A DNA stretch of 64,000 nt from a virus, in IMG/VR virus record IMGVR_UViG_3300009506_000019, positions 64,001-128,000 of that record, one strand, 5' to 3'. This document shows positions 55,877 through 64,000 of the stretch, piece by piece. The notes beneath the pieces are model-generated. The model saw only the letters and a list, made by a program, of their open reading frames with translations. It searched no databases and had not been told where the DNA came from. Both the position numbers and the translations under genes were made by a program. Numbering within the stretch: position 1 is the stretch's first letter; every line of letters starts with the position of its first letter.

Positions 55877-58086
55877 TACGGTGCCTCTGGTAAGCCCTTC
55901 TGGCCTTCCCAACCTAATATCTGGAAGACAACTTTGGCTTTGATTTTGCCCTTGCCAGGCACATTCACCTCAGTCATCTGTTCTTCTCGTTGTTCAACAT
56001 TTAACATCTGAGAACGCAACTTGTCGCCAACCATTCCCCCAATAACTTTATCTTGTTGTAGACGTTGATATACAGCCTCTTCTCCCCTGCCGGTTTTTCC
56101 TTCTTCTTTCTTGTAAAGCTGCATGAGTTCTGTATATAAACCTTCTTGACGAAGAATCATGCTGTCATTATAGTTGCGTAATAGCACACCAATGGCGCTG
56201 GTCTTTCTTTCTCCAATGCGTGCCTTGCCTCTTCGCCCTATGTCTTCTAACTCACTTCTGGTTACTGTCTCTGTAATATCAGATCCAAATACACCAGTGT
56301 CCTCACCAGAAGAGAATTCATATGCTTCTCCACGCTTGATTTGATCTTCTCTTTGCTTGATTCTTTTTAGTTTTTCGTCATATGATTCATACTTACCACC
56401 AGCACCTGTCATAAGGGTGCTGAGAATTCCCATTCTAGCGCCGCCCATAACTTCTTTGGCACCGCCCATCATCATCTTGATAGCTCGAGTGCTCATTTCT
56501 GCTGATTGAGCTATCATCTCGCCTGAAGCTTTTTTGGCAGCCTCATCGCCAAACAAGCCCATAGACAAATATTTTATGCCATATACGATCGATTGCAGTC
56601 CAGCGATGGTTGCGCCGAGAAGACCAGCACCAATCTTGGCTAGTCCATTTTGAATTTTTAACAACGAGCGTTGGAACGATGATGTTTCAGCAGCTCGATC
56701 AACAAATGCCCTGTTGAATTCTTTTTGATGATTTTTTATTGCGCCTTGTATATCGTTGGTTTTAGCTGCTTCTTTGCCAACTTCCACAATGGCTTTAGAT
56801 CCCTCAAAACCAAAGCCCATTTTTTCAAGGAAGAATCGTTGCTCCTCTACTGTTCTTCCATTCTCTTGTGCAAGTTTGAGAAGCTCACGTACAGACTCCA
56901 CAAACATACCGCCTTCTTCAGTGGTCTGTCCTCTACCACCAAATCCTTCGCGTAGAGCATAATATGCCTCAAGGCCAGTTTTTGGCCCCCCACCACCAAC
57001 ACCACGAGCTGTCATCCTTTCGCCCAGAACAGCAGAAAGGCCGACACTCATACCCGCCAGACCTTGAGTTACTTGACCAATAGCACGTTCTGCATATCCA
57101 GCCGCAAACTGCTGAGTAACACCAGGCATATTACGTTCGAGTAATTTTTGGAATCTGAGTTGAGCTTCTGCTACTTCTTCGATATCTACACGTTGTGTGC
57201 GTAGAGCCTGAGCAGATCTCATAATGGAACCAGTAAATGCAGCAACACTGGTACCAGAATCTCTTGCAGCCAAACCAATAGAAGCTATGATCCTAGTTGA
57301 TTCTTGAGCATTTTGATTGAAATCTTTGACCAATTCCCCCATCTGACGAGCAGCTGTACCAGACGCCTGTTTGAACAAAGAATCAATTGCCATCGAGGCT
57401 TCTAAAATAGATCCTCGAGACCCTTTGATTGGTTCGGAAAACTTACCTTTTACTACACTTTCTATATCTATTCCGGCCTGCGCGAAAGCTGCCGCCGCAC
57501 TTGCTGCTTCACCAGCAAGTCCTGTTGGCCCCTTGCCAAGCATTACGCCAAGACGACGAACGTCCCGTGAAATGAGGGACATCTCTGCGCGGCCAGCCTG
57601 ACCAGCTTGTTGAAAAACACGGCCAACAGTAGTACCCATGGCCCGGACTTCTTCTTCGCGCTTACCGCCCAGAACCATGAGCCCAATCAACCCACCAAAT
57701 GGAAGCTCAGATAGGATAGAGCCCTTGAGCTTAGCCATGCTATTTTGGATGCCCATAAATTGTGCTTGTTGAGGGAGCATCTCTCCGATGATTCCCTTAA
57801 CACCACGTTCGCGACGCATCTTTGCAACAGCTTCCTCATATGCCTGACCGATAGATTTGACTTTCTTTGCAGTCTCTTCTGATGCTGTTGCTTGCTCTTT
57901 ATTGATATCCTTGATGCCTTCGACCATACCAGCATACGCCTGCTTCATATAGTCTGATTTCTCAATGGTAGTGTCGTGCCACTGATCCATGAGGTCTACG
58001 GCATCTTCTAGGCTGGATGTGAATTCATCCAACCTATCTTTGAGATCACCAAGATCCAGATCTACTTTGGCTTTTACATCAGGCAT
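55876..58086 (-). CDS. Tape measure protein
   Basis: Helical A/G/M-rich protein following tail assembly chaperones. Confidence 0.75.
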   Translation of the reverse strand: MPDVKAKVDLDLGDLKDRLDEFTSSLEDAVDLMDQWHDTTIEKSDYMKQAYAGMVEGIKDINKEQATASEETAKKVKSIGQAYEEAVAKMRRERGVKGIIGEMLPQQAQFMGIQNSMAKLKGSILSELPFGGLIGLMVLGGKREEEVRAMGTTVGRVFQQAGQAGRAEMSLISRDVRRLGVMLGKGPTGLAGEAASAAAAFAQAGIDIESVVKGKFSEPIKGSRGSILEASMAIDSLFKQASGTAARQMGELVKDFNQNAQESTRIIASIGLAARDSGTSVAAFTGSIMRSAQALRTQRVDIEEVAEAQLRFQKLLERNMPGVTQQFAAGYAERAIGQVTQGLAGMSVGLSAVLGERMTARGVGGGGPKTGLEAYYALREGFGGRGQTTEEGGMFVESVRELLKLAQENGRTVEEQRFFLEKMGFGFEGSKAIVEVGKEAAKTNDIQGAIKNHQKEFNRAFVDRAAETSSFQRSLLKIQNGLAKIGAGLLGATIAGLQSIVYGIKYLSMGLFGDEAAKKASGEMIAQSAEMSTRAIKMMMGGAKEVMGGARMGILSTLMTGAGGKYESYDEKLKRIKQREDQIKRGEAYEFSSGEDTGVFGSDITETVTRSELEDIGRRGKARIGERKTSAIGVLLRNYNDSMILRQEGLYTELMQLYKKEEGKTGRGEEAVYQRLQQDKVIGGMVGDKLRSQMLNVEQREEQMTEVNVPGKGKIKAKVVFQILGWEGQKGLPEAP

Positions 58087-58696
58087 CGTCGGTATCAAAC
58101 GTCACTTTCACGTCCCGTCGTGACTTGTGACGCTTTTTCTCCTCTTCAATTTGTTGCTCTACCTCTTGCTTTGCTACTTGCCTTTCAAGTGCAGCCTGAC
58201 GCTTTTTCTGCTGAATTTCTGCGCCATCAACACTATGATGAGCCGTTTCCTTCAACGGCTCCTCAATAATTTTAACTCCCAATCTACGAAGCTCTTGCTC
58301 TCTGCCAGGTGTAAACCATTCGTTCAGTTGCTGATCTAACTCCTCATCTACTTCAAACAGAGGAGCCATATCACCTAAATCTTCCCCCTTTGCGATGGCT
58401 TGAGACATTGCCTCAAATTCATCGTCATCCATAGCAGCCTGAACCTGCTGATCTGCATCCATCTGCTCGAACATATAGCCAAGCACTTCCCTTCTTGCTG
58501 TCATGAGAGACAGTGGGACAATTCGTTCTTCTGTCTCACCGTCCTTTTTCGGTAGCATGTTCAAACCAAGTAAATTAACAAGGATGTTTTTGAGAGCCTT
58601 TAATACTTGGTTCGCTATCTCTGCTACCTCTTTCTCCTTTTCTTGTTCGCTCTCCCGCAGCAGCATGTATTCAAACAGCCACTGAGCGTTGGTCAT
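58079..58696 (-). CDS. Tail assembly chaperone, -1 frameshift (GT-like) portion
   Basis: Frame is open upstream to slippery heptamer at 58783-58789. Confidence 0.75.
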   Translation of the reverse strand: MTNAQWLFEYMLLRESEQEKEKEVAEIANQVLKALKNILVNLLGLNMLPKKDGETEERIVPLSLMTARREVLGYMFEQMDADQQVQAAMDDDEFEAMSQAIAKGEDLGDMAPLFEVDEELDQQLNEWFTPGREQELRRLGVKIIEEPLKETAHHSVDGAEIQQKKRQAALERQVAKQEVEQQIEEEKKRHKSRRDVKVTFDTDDA

Positions 58697-58701
58697 CTTT
58701 C

Positions 58702-59274
58702 CTACATCTGGGTTGTTGACGAGGATTCCTTTTCGGGAGAGGACGTATCCTTTGATTCGCCACCAGGAATCCCCGTCGAGGAATTTTTTAGGCCATCAAT
58801 CGACTCCTTCCTCTGCCTACTGATTTTTTGATATTCAGCAGCCAGATCGTCGATGACCGGCATTCCCAATTCACCCAACCACACATAAAGCTGGTTCATC
58901 TGCCAGGTACGTTGACCATACCGAGACATGGTGAATTGTTTCTTTGTGTCCTCGTCCATGCCATCCGGAAAATCAAATAACTCCTCAACTGGCACGCCAT
59001 CAATGCTTTTGATAGCCGCAGCCAATCTTGATTTCCTATATGAGGAGATTGCCTGTGGGGTGGAATCGGTTTGCATGAAACCATCAGCCCACATTTCCTC
59101 ATCGGAATTGATGGTGGTCATATGAAACTTGTGACCAGCAACCTCAGCAGTTGCCTCAAGCTCATGACCAGCAAGTTGTTTTTGAATGTCCAACAGCGCC
59201 GCATGTCGCTTTGCTATCGGTAGACTGGTAAGAACGATACCCTCGTCCTTCTCTTTCTTCTCTTCGTTAGCCAT
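58702..59274 (-). CDS. Tail assembly chaperone (G-like)
   Basis: AAGGAGG RBS; LAAAIKSIDGVPV; between tube and tape measure. Confidence 0.75.
   Translation of the reverse strand: MANEEKKEKDEGIVLTSLPIAKRHAALLDIQKQLAGHELEATAEVAGHKFHMTTINSDEEMWADGFMQTDSTPQAISSYRKSRLAAAIKSIDGVPVEELFDFPDGMDEDTKKQFTMSRYGQRTWQMNQLYVWLGELGMPVIDDLAAEYQKISRQRKESIDGLKNSSTGIPGGESKDTSSPEKESSSTTQM
58783..58789 (-). promoter_or_regulatory. -1 programmed frameshift heptamer A-AAA-AAT
   Basis: X-XXY-YYZ in frame (CTA AAA AAT); -1 frame reads FLDGDSWWRIKGYVLSRKGILVNNPDVGK into MTNAQW. Confidence 0.8.
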
Positions 59275-59320
59275 TATGGCCTCCTTCAAGTGAAGGGTAA
59301 AGTTACATCATACTACAGGC

Positions 59321-59893
59321 TCATGCCAGCCTCAACCTCCTCGTGAATTGTAGAGATGCTCTGGCTTTAATGATACGATCATCGTTGGCGGCAATGGTGA
59401 TTCCCCAATCGGTAAACCAGACACCAACATAAATGTAGGCTCTGATTACGCCGAACGGATCTCTCCAAACCTCCCTTACATTGAATGGTCTGGTTTGACG
59501 TACTAAACTGACCAAATCATTCCCATCCACACTACCAGTTTCTTCTGGCGATGTACTACTACCAATCACTGGCACACCAAAAGCTTCTCCCATGTGTGCC
59601 GTGTACATCTCATACCTGTCCACAGAAATTCTGTTGGTATTTTGAATTTGAGGAACCTGCTCAATAGGCTCACCAGTGCTGTTGGCCTGAACTTCAAAAA
59701 GTTGTTCGACGACTCTTGCCATGGATGGGGACCATGATTGAATTCGAGCAACTTTTATTCCCTGATCTGTTCTTATTGTGATGGAATGAGATGACGCTGT
59801 TTGCGTCATCGGCGGATTCGGAGCATAGCCACCAGTGTCTTGACTAGTTAGCCAATCACTTGCGTCCTTTATGAAAGTCTCAAATCCACCCAT
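59321..59893 (-). CDS. Tail tube-like protein 3
   Basis: SHSITIR...W.P...FEV...P.E..P...DRYEMY...GVWFT shared with tube 1/2. Confidence 0.75.
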   Translation of the reverse strand: MGGFETFIKDASDWLTSQDTGGYAPNPPMTQTASSHSITIRTDQGIKVARIQSWSPSMARVVEQLFEVQANSTGEPIEQVPQIQNTNRISVDRYEMYTAHMGEAFGVPVIGSSTSPEETGSVDGNDLVSLVRQTRPFNVREVWRDPFGVIRAYIYVGVWFTDWGITIAANDDRIIKARASLQFTRRLRLA

Positions 59894-59895
59894 AA

Positions 59896-60480
59896 CTAAG
59901 TCAGTCTCAAACTAAAATCTAAGTTGACAGTATCACCAGCCAGACCAGTAACTTTCACCTTTTTGGTGTAGATGAGTGTGGCATTGACATTGACAATACG
60001 ATTATCGTCGGCTCGTAATGTCCGGCCAAGATTAGAAAACCAACACCCACTATAAAGGAATCGTTCTTCCTCAGTGAATGGGCTGTTGGTCCTGACAAAC
60101 ATTGGCCCTTCACGACCAGTAAGATTCTGAAAAATTCCAGGACCAGGAATGAATGTTGACTCCCCAGGAAGCTTCCAAACCTCCATCACATCAAAAGGCT
60201 GATTCTGCCTTGTGAGCATGGTAAGATCTGGTGTGTTGAAGGCTTGTTCCATCCTTCTGCTATATGTATCAAAACGACTGATTGCTATTTGCAATCCAGT
60301 CATGTTCCCAGGCATATTTTCAACTGGATTGCCGGAATCATCAACACTAACTTCAAATATGGGTGTGACTGTCCTAGCTTGCGCAGGATTCCAACCGTTG
60401 ATGAGCCCTACTGTGATTCCGTTAGCTTTTATGGTAAGGGCGTGGGAGGTGCGTACTCTCGTGATGGGTATACTGGCCAT
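59896..60480 (-). CDS. Tail tube-like protein 2
   Basis: RTSHALTIKAN...GLINGWNP...YSGCWFSNLGR..RIVNVNATL. Confidence 0.8.
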   Translation of the reverse strand: MASIPITRVRTSHALTIKANGITVGLINGWNPAQARTVTPIFEVSVDDSGNPVENMPGNMTGLQIAISRFDTYSRRMEQAFNTPDLTMLTRQNQPFDVMEVWKLPGESTFIPGPGIFQNLTGREGPMFVRTNSPFTEEERFLYSGCWFSNLGRTLRADDNRIVNVNATLIYTKKVKVTGLAGDTVNLDFSLRLT

Positions 60481-60501
60481 GCACCATCCCTCAAACCCTT
60501 G

Positions 60502-60975
60502 TTAGGAAGCTTGCACCAATACGCGTTTCACGTACTCCAGTGTGGCATTGACGTTGACAATTCGGTCACCATCAGACCGATAGTTGCGGCCGATGTTCGA
60601 GAACCAGCAGCCTTCGTACCGGATGACCTCTGTTCCTCCCCCAACAGCAGCACTGTCTGGGAAGATCCATCGTTCGATGACATCGAATGGTGCGTCTTGC
60701 AAAGACAACATCATGAGATCTGGTGTTCCAAACGCTGTCTCCATACGACCCTTGTACAGGTCGTACCGCTGGATAGCGATGGTTTGTCCCGTAACGTTGC
60801 CTGGCACCTTCTCGAGCGGATCGCCACTGGTCCGTGTCTTGATTTCATAGATTGGAGTGATTGTCCGACTGATGGTCGGGTTCCATCCATTGATCAAGCC
60901 AATTGACTGCGAATTCGCCCTAATAGTCAGCGAATGTGAGGTGCGGACTAATGTTTGCGGCGGGTTTGTTGGCAT
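60502..60975 (-). CDS. Tail tube protein 1 (probable major tube)
   Basis: Directly after sheath; strong GGAGGAGG RBS; YEGCWFSNIGR. Confidence 0.8.
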   Translation of the reverse strand: MPTNPPQTLVRTSHSLTIRANSQSIGLINGWNPTISRTITPIYEIKTRTSGDPLEKVPGNVTGQTIAIQRYDLYKGRMETAFGTPDLMMLSLQDAPFDVIERWIFPDSAAVGGGTEVIRYEGCWFSNIGRNYRSDGDRIVNVNATLEYVKRVLVQAS

Positions 60976-61004
60976 TTATCGCCTCCTCCAACTCACATCC
61001 AATC

Positions 61005-63464
61005 CTAGAAGAACGGGTTATCCACAGAGAACTCACCAAAGAATCGCAGCGCTGGGTAGCGCAGGAAGAAGAAGTACCGGAAGAAGAACTTGGTCGGATC
61101 GACCTTGCTCTGTTCTGCCTGGATGTCCTTCGACAGATCGATGTCTCGTGAGACCCCGTTGGCATCTCTGAATGGACCAATAGCACCGCTCTCAATCAAA
61201 GATGTGAGAACCGATGCAACAATCACCTTGATATCGAAAATGAAATCCGCGAGGTCGTCTGGAACGATACCGCGCAGATTCCGATCGATGGCCTTGTCCA
61301 CTGCTCTCGTCACATTGTCTTTCTGTGACGACAGCGAGCGGTACATGAATTGCGGAAGCTTCCCGCCACCGTTCTCGGTGGAAACCGGGTCCAGAAGCTC
61401 GAGCCGACCACCCTTGTTGGTAACGACGCAGGTTCCATTGGACGCGAGCTGCGCACGTTCTGCCTTCAGGTAAGTCGGAAAGGTATCAACATCGAAACCG
61501 ATGATCGTTTTTCCAGCCAACGAAATGGCTGGCGATGTGAAACTGGTATGCTTGGCTGCGATGGCCACCCCCAACGCGTTGGAATCCAACGTGAGGGTTG
61601 TGGTTGTACCGTCTTCGTTGGTGATTTGACGTTGCACACCAGTTGGAGCCACCAAGAACAAACGACCACGAGCTGGGCTGTCTGGACTCACCTGTAGAGT
61701 AACCGCAGCACGGTACACGAAAGTGTCAGGTGTGTCCTTATCGCCAACTTCTGTTCCGACTGGCATTCCAAACCAACCAGACCGGTAGTTCTTCTCCGTA
61801 ACAGAGCTTTGATTCTCAACGTGAGTAAGAAGGTTGACCTGACTATTCAGTCGGGTATCATCCATCACTACGTCTGTGATCAACGATGATTGCTCCAGAC
61901 CATCGATGCCGTCTTTCATCTCGTTGACGGTCGGGAATCCGGGAGTGTTCAGATCGTTCACCTGACATGTGATGAGTGAAGGAGCATCGTTGTCGAACGC
62001 AATCTGACCGAGCATCGACAAACGATTCTCTGCTGAAACTGGAGTCAGATCCTGAATCATCGAATCTTCTGAGAAGAATCGCTTCGGGACATCGTACTCA
62101 TCAGACGGCCGGTCGTACTCATAGGTGGCAAAATAGTACGTGCCAACCATTGGTCTTTGACCAGTGCCCATCAACACATATGTCAATTGAGTTGTGGCCA
62201 AACCAAAGATGATCGTGGTTGCATCATTCGCTGCCGGTTCAGCGATTTCCACAGAAGAAATCCGGCCCTGTGATGGACTGGTCAACGCCACCTTTCCACC
62301 AACATCAGTGGCCACAGCCCGATATCTCGGACCATAGCCAGCCATAGTAGAAAGAACGGCATTGATGTTGTTTGCAATTTCTGCAGCCGTAGCTGCAGCT
62401 GGCACGGCTGGATCAGCATAGCCTGGAGGCGGAGAGGCAAGACCATTCAGGTCGATATTCACCGCTGCCTTGCCATCGAATGCCAGTCTCAAACTGTCAT
62501 TGGTTGACAGATCAAAGGTCTCTGTGATCGCGCCAGTGAATGTTGCGGCAGAGTCAGGAGACCAATCGATGTTTCCTGATGCCAACAAATAATCCACTGG
62601 CTCTGTGAAGCTTCGGACACCGGCAAAATAGCCAACACGTACGATGGATGTTGCTGTATTTTCAAAACTGTCGATGTCAGTGTCCAAAGCCACGTAGTCC
62701 ACTTCGTACGAAGCATTGCTATCGTAGAAGGCGTCATCGACTTCGAGGATGGTTACCGCACGTGCGGGAATGGTGAAACCAAGAGCAGCTGTTGCATCAT
62801 TTGCAAATGGCTCGAGGATTTGAATATCAGACACTGGAGTTGAAAGCGGACTATCGAGTTGGATTCCAGTGGTTCCGTTGGAAGCAACCGTCGCATAGGC
62901 AGCACCATACCCAAGGGAAGACGCCGCAGCGAGACCAGCATTGATGCCAGCCGCAACTTCATCAATCGTAGCTGCAGCACCAGCAGTGGTCAATGGTGTG
63001 GTGACTTCGATCAAAGACCCGGTGATTGTGACGGCAGTAGCGCCATCGGTGAAGGTCATGGTGACTTCTTGACCACCATCAAGCTTCAATCCGATTGCGT
63101 TGTTGGTTGTGAGATCGAATGGCCCAGCATCAGAACCGAGAAGGCTTGCTGCAAGATAGCTGACAGCACTATCTGGAAGATTGATGACCTGACCGTTCAG
63201 GGTTCTGCGAACGGTGGTGTTCGAGATTCTGCGATCACCAAAATTCACAAGCGTTGCTTCGTGGGGAATCGTTCCTGCCAGGGTGAGAGCTTCTTCGCTC
63301 ACCTTGCCACGCTGCACGCTCTCATTGATGGATCGCTTCTTTCGATTTCCAGTCGCCACGATGGAAAGAATGTCTGGTACGGTGGCAACTGAGATACCGG
63401 CAGGTACAATCACTTCACCAATGAGAACGCCGGGATCTGTATAACCTGAGACATTAAGGGCCAT
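61005..63464 (-). CDS. Tail sheath protein
   Basis: N-terminal YTDPGV..., C-terminal sheath domain (DPTKFFFRYFFFLRYPAL); precedes tube genes. Confidence 0.85.
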   Translation of the reverse strand: MALNVSGYTDPGVLIGEVIVPAGISVATVPDILSIVATGNRKKRSINESVQRGKVSEEALTLAGTIPHEATLVNFGDRRISNTTVRRTLNGQVINLPDSAVSYLAASLLGSDAGPFDLTTNNAIGLKLDGGQEVTMTFTDGATAVTITGSLIEVTTPLTTAGAAATIDEVAAGINAGLAAASSLGYGAAYATVASNGTTGIQLDSPLSTPVSDIQILEPFANDATAALGFTIPARAVTILEVDDAFYDSNASYEVDYVALDTDIDSFENTATSIVRVGYFAGVRSFTEPVDYLLASGNIDWSPDSAATFTGAITETFDLSTNDSLRLAFDGKAAVNIDLNGLASPPPGYADPAVPAAATAAEIANNINAVLSTMAGYGPRYRAVATDVGGKVALTSPSQGRISSVEIAEPAANDATTIIFGLATTQLTYVLMGTGQRPMVGTYYFATYEYDRPSDEYDVPKRFFSEDSMIQDLTPVSAENRLSMLGQIAFDNDAPSLITCQVNDLNTPGFPTVNEMKDGIDGLEQSSLITDVVMDDTRLNSQVNLLTHVENQSSVTEKNYRSGWFGMPVGTEVGDKDTPDTFVYRAAVTLQVSPDSPARGRLFLVAPTGVQRQITNEDGTTTTLTLDSNALGVAIAAKHTSFTSPAISLAGKTIIGFDVDTFPTYLKAERAQLASNGTCVVTNKGGRLELLDPVSTENGGGKLPQFMYRSLSSQKDNVTRAVDKAIDRNLRGIVPDDLADFIFDIKVIVASVLTSLIESGAIGPFRDANGVSRDIDLSKDIQAEQSKVDPTKFFFRYFFFLRYPALRFFGEFSVDNPFF

Positions 63465-63479
63465 TTTAGCTGCCTCCGA

Positions 63480-64000
63480 CTAATTCTTCTCTGGTATGGT
63501 ACCGTCGTACTGAACACCGTCTGCGTCAAGATAGAATGGAGTACCCCCGCTGGACACAACGGCTCTGTCGGTGTACCAAAGAGTTGTTACTGGAACGTTC
63601 AAGCGGTTCACGTAGAGCTTATCCCTTTCATCTCCACCTGGCCGAGGTACTTCACTTTCTCCTGCCATAGACGGATCCGGTTTAATAATCACCTGATACG
63701 TCTCGTTGGGAATACTAGGGTCGAAAATAGTTCTACCCAAGAACATATAATCTCTTTCATCCATATAGAACGTGAAAAATGACCAGACGAGATCCGCCAA
63801 CTCTGTTCTTATGTTTTCATCCTCGGACACTACCTCTATAGCTATGTCCAAAGACATAGCTTGATGATATCTATTGAACGGGGTAGTAGCTGAATATTCT
63901 GATTTTTGTCCGGGGGAGAATCCTAGGGCAGCTGCGGCTGTACCAGGATCGCTCTCTTCATCACCTATTTCAATGTCACCGCTCACACTGTTGCCCTGAG
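63480..64000 (-). CDS. Putative tail terminator/neck protein (runs off the right edge)
   Basis: Frame open to window edge; position upstream of sheath. Confidence 0.5.
   Translation of the reverse strand, partial: QGNSVSGDIEIGDEESDPGTAAAALGFSPGQKSEYSATTPFNRYHQAMSLDIAIEVVSEDENIRTELADLVWSFFTFYMDERDYMFLGRTIFDPSIPNETYQVIIKPDPSMAGESEVPRPGGDERDKLYVNRLNVPVTTLWYTDRAVVSSGGTPFYLDADGVQYDGTIPEKN

Noticed and set aside
45000-64000. Bacterial extracellular contractile injection system rather than phage
   Set aside because: The context (tRNA arrays, RNR, PurZ-like gene, sigma-like gene, G/GT frameshift, no host housekeeping genes) indicates a phage; capsid genes are presumably beyond the right edge.

Overview
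This window is a segment of a large contractile-tailed (myovirus/jumbo-like) phage genome, almost entirely on the minus strand, standard genetic code. Right arm (about 30.5-64 kb) is the tail module: sheath, three paralogous tube genes, a -1-frameshifted tail assembly chaperone pair, tape measure, hub, spike, wedge/baseplate-J and many fibre/lectin-like proteins. The middle (26.4-29.8 kb) holds 25 tRNA genes in three operons. The 19-26 kb region has a zinc-containing sigma-like gene and structured leaders. The 4.4-19 kb region holds receptor-binding/adhesin genes: a giant YadA-head-repeat fibre split by a frameshift and four beta-helix-like paralogs. The left edge has a class II ribonucleotide reductase and a PurA homolog with the PurZ/PurZ0 Ser signature, which the ORF track missed. 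Most striking observation: each of the three tRNA operons is preceded by a tiny unannotated ORF whose C-terminal part matches the amino acids of that operon's tRNAs. All 12 amino acids match for the 14-tRNA operon, all 6 for the 7-tRNA operon, and a Leu run covers all four isoacceptors for the tRNA-Leu operon. These ORFs overlap alternative RNA structures. This looks like a leader-peptide attenuation system that senses depletion of host tRNAs and switches on the matching phage tRNA set. All calls are by eye; no searches or folding programs were run.
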